Shown: positions 39,190-52,067 of the stretch, piece after piece
How the letters are laid out: every line of letters starts with the position of its first letter
Position numbering within the stretch: position 1 is the stretch's first letter
Assembly (NCBI GenBank): GCA_951406725.2
Contig: OX597815.1
Coordinates: 8,308,001-8,372,000, forward strand
Direction of reading: 5' to 3'
DNA from: Octopus vulgaris
Lineage: Eukaryota
Length of the DNA stretch: 64,000 bases
Program-made: the position numbers and the translations under genes
Notes under the pieces: model-generated
The model's input: the letters and a program-made list of their open reading frames with translations, nothing else
The model's database searches: none
Told to the model about the DNA's origin: nothing

Positions 39190-40299
39190 TAACATTAACA
39201 TCATACATATACATTCCATAATACCTTCACATTCCATCATACATACACACTTTCTCTCTTGCACATGCATACACTCCATAATACACTATATTATTAAAGA
39301 TCTATGTACACATAGATACCTGTATATATGTATATACTCACATTCCAATTTATTAGTGTTATAAATGATGAGAAAATGTTTGAACTTGTTTACATGTGCA
39401 TATATATTCATATATATATATATTCATATAAGGCGGTGAGCTGGCAGAAACGTTAGCATGCCGTTACGTTCTGAGTTCAAATTCTGCCGAGGTCGACTTT
39501 GCCTTTCATCCTATCGGGGTCGATAAATTAAAGTACCAGTCACGAACTGGGGTCGATGTGATCGACTTAATCCCTTTGTCTGTCCTTGTTTGTCCCCTCT
39601 GTGTTTAGCCCCTTGTGGGTAGTAAAGAAATTTATATTCATGTAAATATGTGTATATGTATATATGAAGATACATTATTAGACTTGAACGTTATCCTGTT
39701 ATCATCCAAACATCTTCAAAATAAATTAAAGTCAAGGTACCAAGACAAAAATATACCTTACATACTAACACACCATTAGTTACCAATTCACCATTTAGTC
39801 ATCATCTGTCTCAACAACTCCAAAGTTCAAATTTACAAGATACTAATTTAACAATTCCATGTTTCAGATAATCCCTCCTTCTATAACGAATCAAATAAAA
39901 TCTGGGAGCAATCTGGATTAACTGTGGGTCAGTTGGTACAGTAATTAATATCCTGATAAGACGTGATCAAAAACACCAAACACACTACACAATCAAGTGT
40001 ATTTAATTAATAAATTACAAAGTCGATATATTTAATGAGTAAATTGCAAAGCCAATGTGTTTCATGCTGTGATGGAAAGGAAGAATTGTAAGTCAGCATT
40101 AGAGATGGTCCTTCCTCAAGAGAGAAAGGAAAAGAAAATAGAAAACATTAGCATACAGCGGTGGTGCCCCAGCATGGCCGCGGCTTTCGGGCTAATACAT
40201 TTTTAAGGATTTTAAGGATACAGAATGTTTGTTCAGAAGAGTCTTTAAATCCTGTAATCATTTGTATTAGAGTTGTAAATGATGCTATGGTCTATTAAG

Positions 40300-40730
40300 A
40301 TGTAGTTCCTTGTGAGAGGGATACTAGGGTTTAGGGTTTATTCTGGTGCAGTCCACATTGTGAAAGGGGTGTTAGGGTCTATTTATGGTGAAATTGATTG
40401 TGAGAAGAGTGCAAGCATCTATGGTGCGGTTCATTGCATGAGGGGTACTAGGGTCTATTCACAGTGCAACACATTGTGTGAGGAGTGCTAGGGTTTAATT
40501 ATGGTGGAGTTCATTGTGAAAGGGGTGCTAAAGTCCATTTACAGTGCAGTTCATTGTGAAAGGGGTGCTAAAGTCCATTTATTGTGCAGTTCATTGTGAA
40601 AGGGGTGCTAAAGTCCATTTACGGTGCAGTTCATTGTTAAAGGGGTGCTAAAGTCCATTTATGGTGGAGTTCATTGTGCAAGGGATGCTAGAATCTATTT
40701 GTAGCTCAGTTCATTGTGAGAAGCGGTTAT
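40300..40730. repeat. ~40-bp minisatellite
   Basis: unit gtgcagttcattgtgaaaggggtgctaaagtccatttaca, homogeneous centre with degenerate edges. Confidence 0.85.
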
Positions 40731-42027
40731 GGTGTATGTAGTCCTGTATATTGTGTGGAGAGTGCTGTGATCCAGTCCACTGGATGGTTAGTGCTATGGT
40801 GCATGTATGGTCTGGTCCATTATATGAAGGGTAATTTCCTGTGCATGTGGTCCAGTCTATTGTGCGTTGGATGTGGGGATGTATTTACATTTCTAAATCC
40901 TTTGGTTTATCCATTATTTGACTCCTTCCAGTCTCTTTCCTGCCTGGAAAGAGATAAAATATTGGAGGTTAATATGAAACCAGTTAGTTTTAGAGGAGGA
41001 GCAGAGGCCATTATAGCACTGTAAAGAAAAAGAGGGGACAGCAACGTAGCATGTTCTTAGGTGGATGGGTTTTTCTGGGATGTGTGCTTTGATGTATGTA
41101 TGTGTGTATATATAGGTGTGTGTGTAGGAATGTAATATTGGTTTCAAATTTAGCACAAGGCCAGCAATTTCGGGAGAGAGGATAAGTTGATTACATCAAC
41201 CCCAGTGTTCAACTGGTACTTATTTTATCGACCCCCAAAGGGATGAAAGGCAAAGTCAAACTCAGCGAAATTTAAACTTAGACCCTAGCGGAATTTGAAC
41301 TTAAAATGTAAATACAGACATGTTTCTAAGCATTTTTGCCGAACATGCTAATGATTGTGCCAGCTCACGGCCTAAAGCACTGGATATAGAATATGTTGGG
41401 AATTTGTGACAGGGCTGTCTTCTGATCTTTTATAAAATCAAAGTTTCATTATTGTCAATACTGTTGTTGCCACGACCGACGTCACTGTCAGCATCATCAT
41501 CATCATCATCAGCTTCACCACCACAATTACCACCACCACCACCACCACCACCACCACCACCACCACCATCACTGCTTTCATCATTCATTATTAATAACGA
41601 ATCAATCATTCCATTAGGCATGTGTTATAGCTGTGCCCCTAAAAATCTTGTGCGTCTCTCAACAATGGCAACCCCTTGCCCAAACCACATACTCTGATTC
41701 ATGGCATTTTTGGAAGTCTGAAATTTATTTAACCCATGTTCCAAGACTAGTGTTGTAAATTTGACAATCTTGTGGTGGCCTCCTCTATGAATTGCTTCAT
41801 CCCTAATTGAAAAGTACAGGGTTACTCAGATCTGTCTATGTCTCTGCTCTCTCTTCAAGTACCGACAATTTATGATTGGTTAATAGTATAAGTACTGTGG
41901 AAGGCATATGACCCAGTGGTTAGGGTGTTGCATTTATGCTTGCAAAGTTGTAGTTTCAATTCCTGGACAAGGCAGTGTGTTTGTTTCATTCTGTTTCAGT
42001 TCACTCAGCTGTAAATGAGTTAACCCT

Positions 42028-42350
42028 GTGGCACGTAAAAAGCACCAACCGATCGTGGCCGCTGCCAGCCTCCCCTGACACCTGTGCTGGTGGCACGTAA
42101 AAAGCACCAACCGATCGTGGCCGCTGCCAGCCTCCCCTGACACCTGTGCTGGTGGCACGTAAAAAGCACCAACCGATCGTGGCCGCTGCCAGCCTTCCCT
42201 GACACCTGTGCCGGTGGCACGTAAAAAGCACCAACCAATCATGGCCGATGCCAGCCTCCCCTGACACCTGTGCCGGTGGCACGTAAAAAGCACCAACCGA
42301 TTGTGGCCGTTGCCAGCCTCCCCTGACACCTGTGCTGGTGGCACATAAAA
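42028..42350. repeat. 62-bp tandem repeat x5 at the 5' side of a family C SINE
   Basis: units start at 42028, 42090, 42152, 42214, 42276. Confidence 0.9.
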
Positions 42351-43151
42351 AGCACCCACTACACTCATGGAGTGTTTGGCGTTAGGAAGGGCATCCAGCT
42401 GTAGAAACATTGCCAGATCAGACTGGAGCCTGGTGCAACCTCCTGGCTTCCCAGACCCCGGTCGAACCGTCCAACCTGTGCTAGCACGGAAAACAAGATG
42501 TTAAATGATGATGATGATGATGATGGACTGGTGTCCTGTTCAGTGGAGAGTAATTGTCAATTATACACCATGGAAATTAGATTAGACTCTCACTTCAGGA
42601 GTTGTAGGGATCATGACAGACTTAGGTCTATGTATGCTAACATGGACTTAGACTATTACATCCAAGTAAATATCAATATTGATAATTAATGTGCTGTATG
42701 GAAATAAGAGAATTGGGAATTCAACACCATTCCATGTAGACTTGGACTTGTGTTGAATTCTTAATTCTCTTACTTCTGTGTGATACATTAATTGTCAATA
42801 TTAAGATTTGTACCTGGTCGGTGAGCTTGGGGAATCATTTGCATGCCAGGTAAAATAAATTATTGATTAAGAAATTTTTAGACTATTAAAAACTATTTCC
42901 TTGTCTACAAGGGTAAAAGCATGTGGCCTAGTGATTAAGATACTGCGATTGTAAGATTGTGGTTTCACTTCTGGGATCAGGCAGTACATTGTGTTCTTGA
43001 GCAAAACACTTCATTTCATTTTACTCCAGTCCACTCCACTGTAAATGGGTTCCAGCAATATCTGGGAATTTAACCCTGAGATGGACAGGCATCCCAATTG
43101 ATTCATCCGGTTCACTTGCTTCCCACCTCAAACCACCATCTTTACATAGAC

Positions 43152-43559
43152 TGTTCACATCTGTTAATCCACCATGTTCATGTGGATAGTCCACATCACA
43201 ATCCACCCTGTTCACATCTGTTAATCCACCATGTTCATGAGGATAGTCCACATCACAATCCACCCTGTTCACATCTGTTAATCCACCATGTTCATGTGGA
43301 TAGTCCACATCACAATCCACCCTGTTCACATCTGTTAATCCACCATGTTCATGTGGATAGTCCACATCACAATCCACCCTGTTCACATCTGTTAATCCAC
43401 CATGTTCATGTGGATAGTCCACATTACAATCCACCCTGTTCACATCTGTTAATCCACCATGTTCATGTGGATAGTCCACATTACAATCCACCCTGTTCAC
43501 ATCTGTTAATCCACCATGTTCATGTGGATAGTCCACATCACAATCCACCCTGTTCACAT
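43152..43559. repeat. 57-bp minisatellite x7
   Basis: unit tgttcacatctgttaatccaccatgttcatgtggatagtccacatcacaatccaccc, near-identical copies. Confidence 0.95.
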
Positions 43560-43948
43560 TTCAGTTCATCCATCCTGTTCATTTAGTTAATTAAATTCAC
43601 CCTTGTCACTTTGTTCACATTTCAATTAACCTTGTTCACTTCAACCGTTCACATTTCAATGAACCCACCCTGTGAACCAAGACAAATCCCAAATCACATT
43701 CCAATCCATCTCGTTCACTTTATTCGCCATCTAACTCCACCTTCGTCACTTAGGCTGGAGGCCATAATTAATTCATCCTGTTCACCTGGACAGGTAGTTC
43801 TAGTTTTGTCTTGTTTTTAACAAAATGTTTGTAAATATTTGTTTGGTTTATCCATTGTTTATTTCTAATTGTTTTTTAAAAATGTATTCATATATGTCTA
43901 TATATATATATATAATGTACTTATATATATATGTTTATATAATGTGTG

Positions 43949-43984
<36 letters not shown>

Positions 43985-44503
43985 CAACTAATAAGGGTGA
44001 GAAAATTGGATACTAATTTAATAGTACATCCATTTAACACCAAGTGGCTTAGTGCATAAAAACCAGGAATACAATAAATTTTATACATAAATATAAATAT
44101 AAGAGAGTAACCACTATGTGGTCGACTCTAGCACTAAAAATAGATCCGCTAGGTTTCAGCCACAAAGAATTGTTTCCGATGAAAGTTAGCACGACTACTA
44201 GCGCAAACCTAGCAGATCTATTTTTAGTGCTAAAGTCGACCACATCGTGGTTACTCTCTTATATTTATGTATATATATATGTATATATATAATCAAAATA
44301 AGCAACAAGGATATCTAAGGTAGTGTGGTACAATCGTTTCATGCTACTTCATTTTATTAAATTGTACTACACTACCTTTGGATATCCTTGTTGCTTATTT
44401 TGATTATAATCACCCCATTTGATTTATATGGATAATACCATACCAAATTCTGGTGCCTTTAACTTAAGTACCATATTCATCTGAATCTAAATTTTGCTGA
44501 ACT

Positions 44504-44537
<34 letters not shown>

Positions 44538-46624
44538 TAATATATTCATGCACACACACACATATATATATAGTACATACATATTAAAAAGAATGTTTTC
44601 ATATTTTCTACAATTATTATTTTTAAATAAAAAAAAATTGAGAAATTGTTATACCTTGTTCATGTTATTTCTTTGAATGACTGAAATGCCTGCGTAACCC
44701 TTTGATCTCTCTGACCAGATATGCAAACATGTAATGTTCCAAACCATGATGGTAATTACAAGAACACAGTAAACCATTAGCTACAAGAAGACACCATTAC
44801 CACCTGATTAACTTCACTAGTGTGACACCACTGGCCATGTATGGCACGTAAAAAGCACCATCCGACCGTGGTTGTTTGTCAGCCCTGTCTGGCAGCTGTG
44901 CCGGTGGCATGTAAAAAACACCCATTACACTCACGGAGTGGTTGGCGTTAGGAAGGGCATCCAGCTGTAGAAACATTGCCAGATCAGACTGGAGCCTGGT
45001 GCAGCCCCTGGCTTCCCAGACCCCAGTTGAACCGTCCAACCCATGCTAGCATGGAAAGCAAATAGACTAGAAACTAAATAGTGGACATCAGCTCTCTCTC
45101 TCCTATTGGTGCTTAACTATACTGAGATAATGTCTCCCAAGCTGAACACTAGTAGTGTAATTATAAAATATATACCTATGTCTAAATAGCAAGGTGCTTG
45201 CGGTAGTAAGGAATGATGTTGATAATAATCCTATGGGATTGTTGCGGGTGGGGTAGGAAGACATTGCTAGTTGGAGAAATGGCACCCTTAGTGGTTGTAA
45301 TGAAAGAGAAAGAGAGATTTATCTGTCATCATCATCATCATCATCATTATTTAATGCCCATTTTCCTTGCTGGCATGGGTTGGATGGTTTGATCAGAGTT
45401 GGTAAGCTGGAGAGCCACACCAGGTTCCAGTCTGATTTTGGCTTGGTTTGTATGGTTGGATGCCCTTCCTAACGCCAACCTCTTTACAGAATGTGCTGGG
45501 TGCTTTTAACGTGGATTAGCAACAGTTGGGTTAAGAAATATCAAGCAATCTACTGAAGAAGACAGGAAGATATGGTGAAGGCTGAACCTCATGAAAGAGA
45601 TGATAAAGAGCGGCAATAAGCGGCAAAATATAGAGCATAGAAACTTTGCAAAGTGGGCATATGATGATAATGGTGTTAATAATTTTGTATTTAAGCATTC
45701 TGTTGTGTGAACCCAAGGATCATTTATAATCATCATCATCATCGTTTAACGTCCATTTTCCATGCTAGCATGGGTTGGACGGTTTGACGAGGGTCTGGGA
45801 AGCCAGGAGGCTGCACCAGGCTCCAGTCTGATCTGGCAGTGTTTCTACAGCTGGATGCCCTTCCTAACGCCAACCACTCTGTGAGTGTAGTGGGTGCTTT
45901 TTACGTACCACCTGCACAGGTGCCATGCGAGGCTGGCAACGGCCACGATCAGTTGGTGCTTTTTATGTGCCACCGGCACGGAAGCCAGTCAAGGCGGCGC
46001 TGGCATCGGCCACGTTCGGATGGTGTTTTTTACATGCCACCGGCACAGGGATCACAACTACAATTTCCATTGATTTTTGATGTTGATGTACTTGACTCAA
46101 TAGGTCACCTCAAGCACAGGGTCAAAACGGTGTTTCTTTACTTGCCACCTGCACAGGAGTCAGTCCAGCGGCACAGGCAACGACCGGGTTCCAGTCATAG
46201 GATTTGGTTCAATTTCGATTTCACTTGCCCCAACAGGTCTTTGCAAGCAGAGTTTAGTGTCCAATGAAGGGAGGTTGGCATGGGTGCCAGTCGTCAGATG
46301 TGGTTCAATTTCGATTTCACTTTCCTCAACAAGTCTTCACAAGTTCAACAGGTTTTCACAAGCTCAACAGGTCTTCTCATACCAAAACCACAATTAGATA
46401 TTTACTCATCCTTTCAGAAGCACCAATAATTCACAGATCCATGCAGCTAAATCAGACACTATAAAACAAATATGTTATTTTTAAAATGATTTTATTCAAA
46501 AAAAGTTTGAAGTGTACAAGAATTTTTTTTCTTTTAACATATCAAAATTTCATAAATATTTTACAGGGATCACAGATTTCATAAATTCAGAACTAACTTG
46601 ATTGTAGGTGTATATATATATACA

Positions 46625-46854
46625 CACACGGTGCGGCAGAAGTAATGCTTTTTTTTTTTTGCATTTAATAACTTTTATAGCATATAGAAGTTTATTAAGT
46701 AATTTTTTATTGAACACAAATTTATTGCATTAATTAAAGAAATGAATAATAAACGAATGATAAAAATCGCAGAAGTTTTAGGAAATAAAAAAGAAACTCG
46801 ATTAGAAACTGGAAAATCAAATACAAAAGGGTCTTACTTCTGCCGCACCCTCTG
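46625..46854. mobile_element. Tc1/mariner-type MITE
   Basis: perfect 16-bp inverted repeat ggtgcggcagaagtaa at 46630-46645 and 46834-46849. Confidence 0.6.
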
Positions 46855-47785
46855 TGTGTGTGTATATATATAATGAGACTGGATATATATTTATTCACAA
46901 ATATGTTATCAGATAAAGAGTGCATGGGAAAAGACATTGGACAAACATGTAGCTCGATGGAAAGCAAAACAGTCGTTTCATTAACATTCCAGTGTTTGCC
47001 TGATAATGCTTCTTCATACTTCATGCAATTTATAGAGATAGACATGTGTTATATATATATGTATATATATATACAAACACATATATACATGTATTTCCAT
47101 TTTGTATTTGGTTTGCAAGATTCATGTGAATTCTTGTGTTGAAGCATATTTTATTGTGTCTAGGGAGAGAATGACTCTCCCCAGACAAAATTTTATATAT
47201 ATATATATAATTCACATACACATGTGTATGTATAATGATCTGTATTATGTGTAGAAAATAATAAAATATATACACATTCATGTGTATGTGTGTCTGTGTC
47301 CCACAACCCGAAGTAGAGTTCAAAACAAATAGACTAGTAACTAAATAGTGGACATCAGCTCTCTCTCTCTCCTACTAATGCTTAACTATACTGAGATAAT
47401 GTCTCCCAAACTGAACACTAGTAGTGTAATTATAAAATATATACCTGTGTCTAAATAGCATGGTGCTAGCGGTAGTAAGGAATGATGTTGATAATAATAA
47501 TACTATGGGACTGTTGGGGGGTGGGGCAGGAAGACATTGCTTGTTGGAGAAATGGCACCCTTAGTGGTTGTAATGAGACAGAAAGAGCTGGGTAGTCAGT
47601 CTGAAGAGAAGGCTTTGTGAGTCATCTAGTGAGTCCCCTTTGTGAGTCATCTGGTGAGTCACCTTTGCGAGTCATCTGGTGACACAACAAAGGGTGATAT
47701 GTAAAAAAATATATATAACAGCAGCACCAAGTTGTCAACGTTCTGCTCCTACAACTAAGCACAATCCTAAGTGCTAAGGTTCAGT

Positions 47786-47906
47786 CTAAAGACCTTCAAT
47801 CATTATGGCCGAAGCACCACCACCACCGTTACAGATTCCAGCAACTCCAAGTTCTCCAGGTTTCAGGTTCAATGCCATCCTCCCGGTGATTCGGGTTCCA
47901 GACATT
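47786..47906 (-). CDS. ACAT1: ACAT1-like last coding exon with the second catalytic Cys
   Basis: 121 nt; [39 protein letters not shown]-stop. Confidence 0.94.
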
Positions 47907-48354
47907 CTGCAAAGACAAAAATTTTGAGGGGTGAAGTTTAATTAATTACATTGATCTTGGAAAAATACTGCGAGACATTTTTATTTGGCAATCTAACAAT
48001 TCTGTCAATCTAGGACCCTAATAATAATAATGATGATGATAGTTTCAAGTTTTGCTGCAAGGCAGCCATTTTGGGGGAGGGGATGAGTTGATTACATCAA
48101 CCGCAGTGTATCACTGGTACTTAATTTATCGACCCTGAAAGGACGAAAGGCAAAGTCAACCTTTGATTCTTAGATGAACTAATAAAATAAAAGACTGAAA
48201 TGAAACTATGTCAAACAAAGTTGACATATCAAGGAGAACGTACATCAACAAGAACTTACACTCTTAAGAGTATCTCTAAAGGCAACCTATGAGGGTCAGT
48301 TTGTGTGGTAAATAAATTGTGAGGGTGAAAAAGAAAGAAAAGTGTGTTTCTTAC

Positions 48355-48512
48355 CCGATTGGGTGGCCCAAACTAACGGCACCACCATGAATGTTCACTT
48401 TGGCCGGATCAAGACCCATCAATTTGTTGCAGGCCAATACAACCACACTGAATGCTTCGTTTATTTCCCACATTGATATGTCAGATACATTCTTACCAAA
48501 CTGGGCCAAAAG
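48355..48512 (-). CDS. ACAT1: ACAT1-like exon with NEAF and GHPIG (catalytic His) motifs
   Basis: 158 nt; [53 protein letters not shown]. Confidence 0.94.
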
Positions 48513-49679
48513 CTGAAAAACAAAACAATAAATTTGTAAAATTAAGCTTACTGGCCTATTGACCACAGGATCATAAGTTCAAATCTTACTATTGTCTTAA
48601 TATCAAAATGTCTGAGATAATTTGCCATTTCATCATCATTATCGTTTAACATCCGTTTTTCCATGCTAGCACCGGTTGGACAGTTTGACCGGGGTCTGGG
48701 AAGCCAGGCGGCTGTACCAGGCTCCAGTCTGATCTGGCAGTGTTTCTACAGCTGGATGCCCTTCCTAACGCCAACCACTCTGCGAGTGTAGTGGGTGCTT
48801 TTTACGTGCCGCCAGCACAGGTGCCAGGGGAGGCTGGCAATGGCCACGATCGGTTGGTGCTTTTTACATTCCACCGGCACAGAAGCCAGTCAAGGTGGCA
48901 CTGGCATCGGCCACATACAGATGGTGCTTTTTATGTGCCACTGGCACAGGTGTTAGATTATAATTCCCAGGGTCTGGGAAGCCATATTTTACATATTTGG
49001 AAGCTGCTGAACTAGTGACCACATAATGATCAGTTCAAAATATAAAAGTTCAACCATTGTATTGTGTAATGAGGCAAAACACCATTCGAGCGTGATTGTT
49101 ACCAGCATTGCCTTACTGTGCCGGTGGCATGTGTAAAAGATTCGAGCGAGGTCATTGCCAGTACCACTTGACTGGCCCCGTACTTGAGAAGCAAACTTCT
49201 TAACCACACATCATCATCGTTTAACGTCTGCTTTCCATGCTTGCATGGGTTGGATGATTTTGACTGAGGGCTGGCAAACCAGATGGCTGCACCAGGCTCC
49301 AATCTTGATCTGGCAGAGTTTCTACAGCTGGATGCCCTTCCTAATGCCAACCACTCCGAGAGTGTAGTGGGTGCTTTTACATGCCACCAGCACAGGGGCC
49401 AGTCAGGCGGTACTGGCAACGACCTCGCTCGAATCTTTTTACACATGCCAATGGCACAGGTGCCCTTTTATGTGCCATCTCGTAACTAAGATTTCAATAA
49501 TATGATTGCTTATTTTTTTAGAATGACATTGTAGGTTAGGTGTGAAAGGTCAGATCTGGCCAGTTTGAACATAAACCATGTGAAATATCTAGGTCTTTCA
49601 TGGGCAAGTTTATAAACTAAAGGGTTAATCTGAAGACAAAACCTCAATTATGATGAAGTGAATGAGTCAAAAATGTTAC

Positions 49680-49744
49680 CTTCTCCATGGCCACAGCTGG
49701 GGCTGTTGGGAAATCAATTGGGTTCTTGGCAGCATCAGCAAAAC
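49680..49744 (-). CDS. ACAT1: ACAT1-like exon
   Basis: 65 nt; FADAAKNPIDFPTAPAVAMEK. Confidence 0.92.
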
Positions 49745-51396
49745 CTGAAAGTATAGGGATAATTTGAGCCAATGAGACATTCTGTGTTGATATCAATACA
49801 CATCAGTCATACACAGTAACAACAACAACAACAACAACAAAACAACAACCTTAGGAACATGGCTGCAGGCATGGCCGAGACATTTGCTTTATAGTCATGT
49901 TGCCAAAGTTCAATACTACTCTGCAAGGGACTTCTGCCATAGCCAGCTCCAAGCTGACCAATGCCTTGTGAATGGTATTTGATAGATAGGTGCTTTGCAG
50001 AAGTCTACTGTGCGTGTGTAGATAAGGGGTGAGCATAACCAAGTCTTGTGCATGATTTTTCTGCATTCCTTTGTCGTCTTTCTGTTGATGTTTTACTCTT
50101 TTATATATTACTCCATTGCTCTTTCACTTGTTTCAGTCATTTGACTGTGGCCATGCTGGAGCACCGTCTTTAGTCGAGAAAATCGACCTCCAGGACTTAT
50201 TCTTTGTAAGCCTAGTACTTATTCTATCCGTCTCTTTTGCCAAACTTCTAAGTTACAGGAATGTAAACACACCAGCATCAGTTGTTAAGCGATGTTGGGG
50301 GGACAAACACAGACACACAAACATATACACACACATACATATACATATATATACATATATACGACGGGCTTCTTTCAGTTTTCATCTACCAAATCCACTC
50401 ACAAGGCTTTGGTCGGCCCGAGGCTATAGTAGAAGACACTTGCCCAAGGTGCTATGCAGTGGGACTGAACCCGGAGCCATGTGGTTGGTAAGCAAGTTAC
50501 TTACCACACAGCCACTCCTACGCCTATTATATAGATATATGTTACATTATCATCACTTTTTCTTTTATTACCTTCTTGGTATGTTTTCCCTGAAGGAACA
50601 GAGGCAAGAGAATAGCAGGGACCCTTTCCTCTTATAGGGTACAAAGCTATTTCCTTAGTGCCAATAGCACAAGGGAATGCGTACACTACCATTGTAAAGT
50701 GAAAGGTGTGTTACATGCAAAGTGTTCCACAAGATCTTCAGATAAATTGTACTGTTTATGACACTCTTGATTTGATGTATAGGACCAACCTCTTTTCCAC
50801 AAATGCAACCTAAAACCCTAACATTACGAGCATCACACCTATTTGTTTACTACCCACAAGGGGCTAAACACAGAGGGGACAAACAAGGACAGACAAATGG
50901 ATTAAGTCGATTACATCGACCCCAGTGCGTAACTGGTACTTAATTTATCGACCCTGAAAGGACGAAAGGCAAAGTGGACCTTGCCGGAATTTGAACTCAG
51001 AACGTAGCGACGGACGAAATACCCATTTCTTTACTACCCACAAGGGGCTAAACACAGAGAGGACAAACAAGGACAGACAAACGGATTAAGTCGATTACAT
51101 CGATCCCAGTGCGTAACTGGTACTTAATTTATCGACCACAAAAGGATGAAAGGCATAGTCGACCTCAGCGGAATTTGAACTCAGAACGTAACGGCAGACG
51201 AAATACAGCTACGCATTTCGCCAGGTGTGCTAACGACTCTGCCAGCTCAGCGCCTTTCATTCATTCTATACAAAAATGTGGAATGGTCATGATCAGAATA
51301 AATTTGGTGATGAGTTTGTTGGATCTGGGTTGACTTGGGCCTAAACAATAACCACAACAACAATAACGAGATGTTAGGAAAAGAAGAAAGTCTTAC

Positions 51397-51510
51397 CAAC
51401 AATTCGAGCCAGTGGCTTCACCTTTAACCTGTCGGCTGCCTGTGCTGTCATGAGAACCATAGCAGCAGCACCATCATCTAATTTGCTGGAGTTAGCTACA
51501 GTCACGGTAC
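51397..51510 (-). CDS. ACAT1: ACAT1-like exon
   Basis: 114 nt; [37 protein letters not shown](G). Confidence 0.92.
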
Positions 51511-52067
51511 CTGAGGAGAAAAACAATGTTATAGAGAGTACCAATATGGCAGTGTTGAAGAGTAGCAGTACAGTGTTAGATGCAGTAGAACTAATATCAC
51601 TAGAAGAATCAGTTTAATATCCACAATACTAATTTAAGGTAAAAAAACGGTACTAACATATTGCTATCTGCACTACTAACACTCTATCATCTGCAGTGCT
51701 AATACAGTGGCTCCCAGCAACTGTACCAATACAGTGTTTACCGGGAGTATTAATACAGTCTTCTGTACTTTTAATACAATAGTTATTTGCATTATAAACA
51801 CAGTATCATATGCAGTGTTAATACAGTGGCATTTACAGTGCTTACACACTGAGGTCAGTGTCTTCAACAATGTTAACATATTGTCAACTGCAGTGCTAAT
51901 ACAATAGGCATTTGCATTGCTTATACAGTGTTATTTACCATGTTATCTACAGCAGTGCTTCTCAAACTATCTGATGTGGTGTACTGGTAGTTTTTTTTTT
52001 GCAATGTACCAAGGACCGGTAATATCTCTTAGTAATACTAATTTATACAGGAAACAATATAAATAAT

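Noticed and set aside
42028-43559. Regular repeats as CRISPR arrays
   Set aside because: No unique spacers, eukaryotic context, no cas genes.
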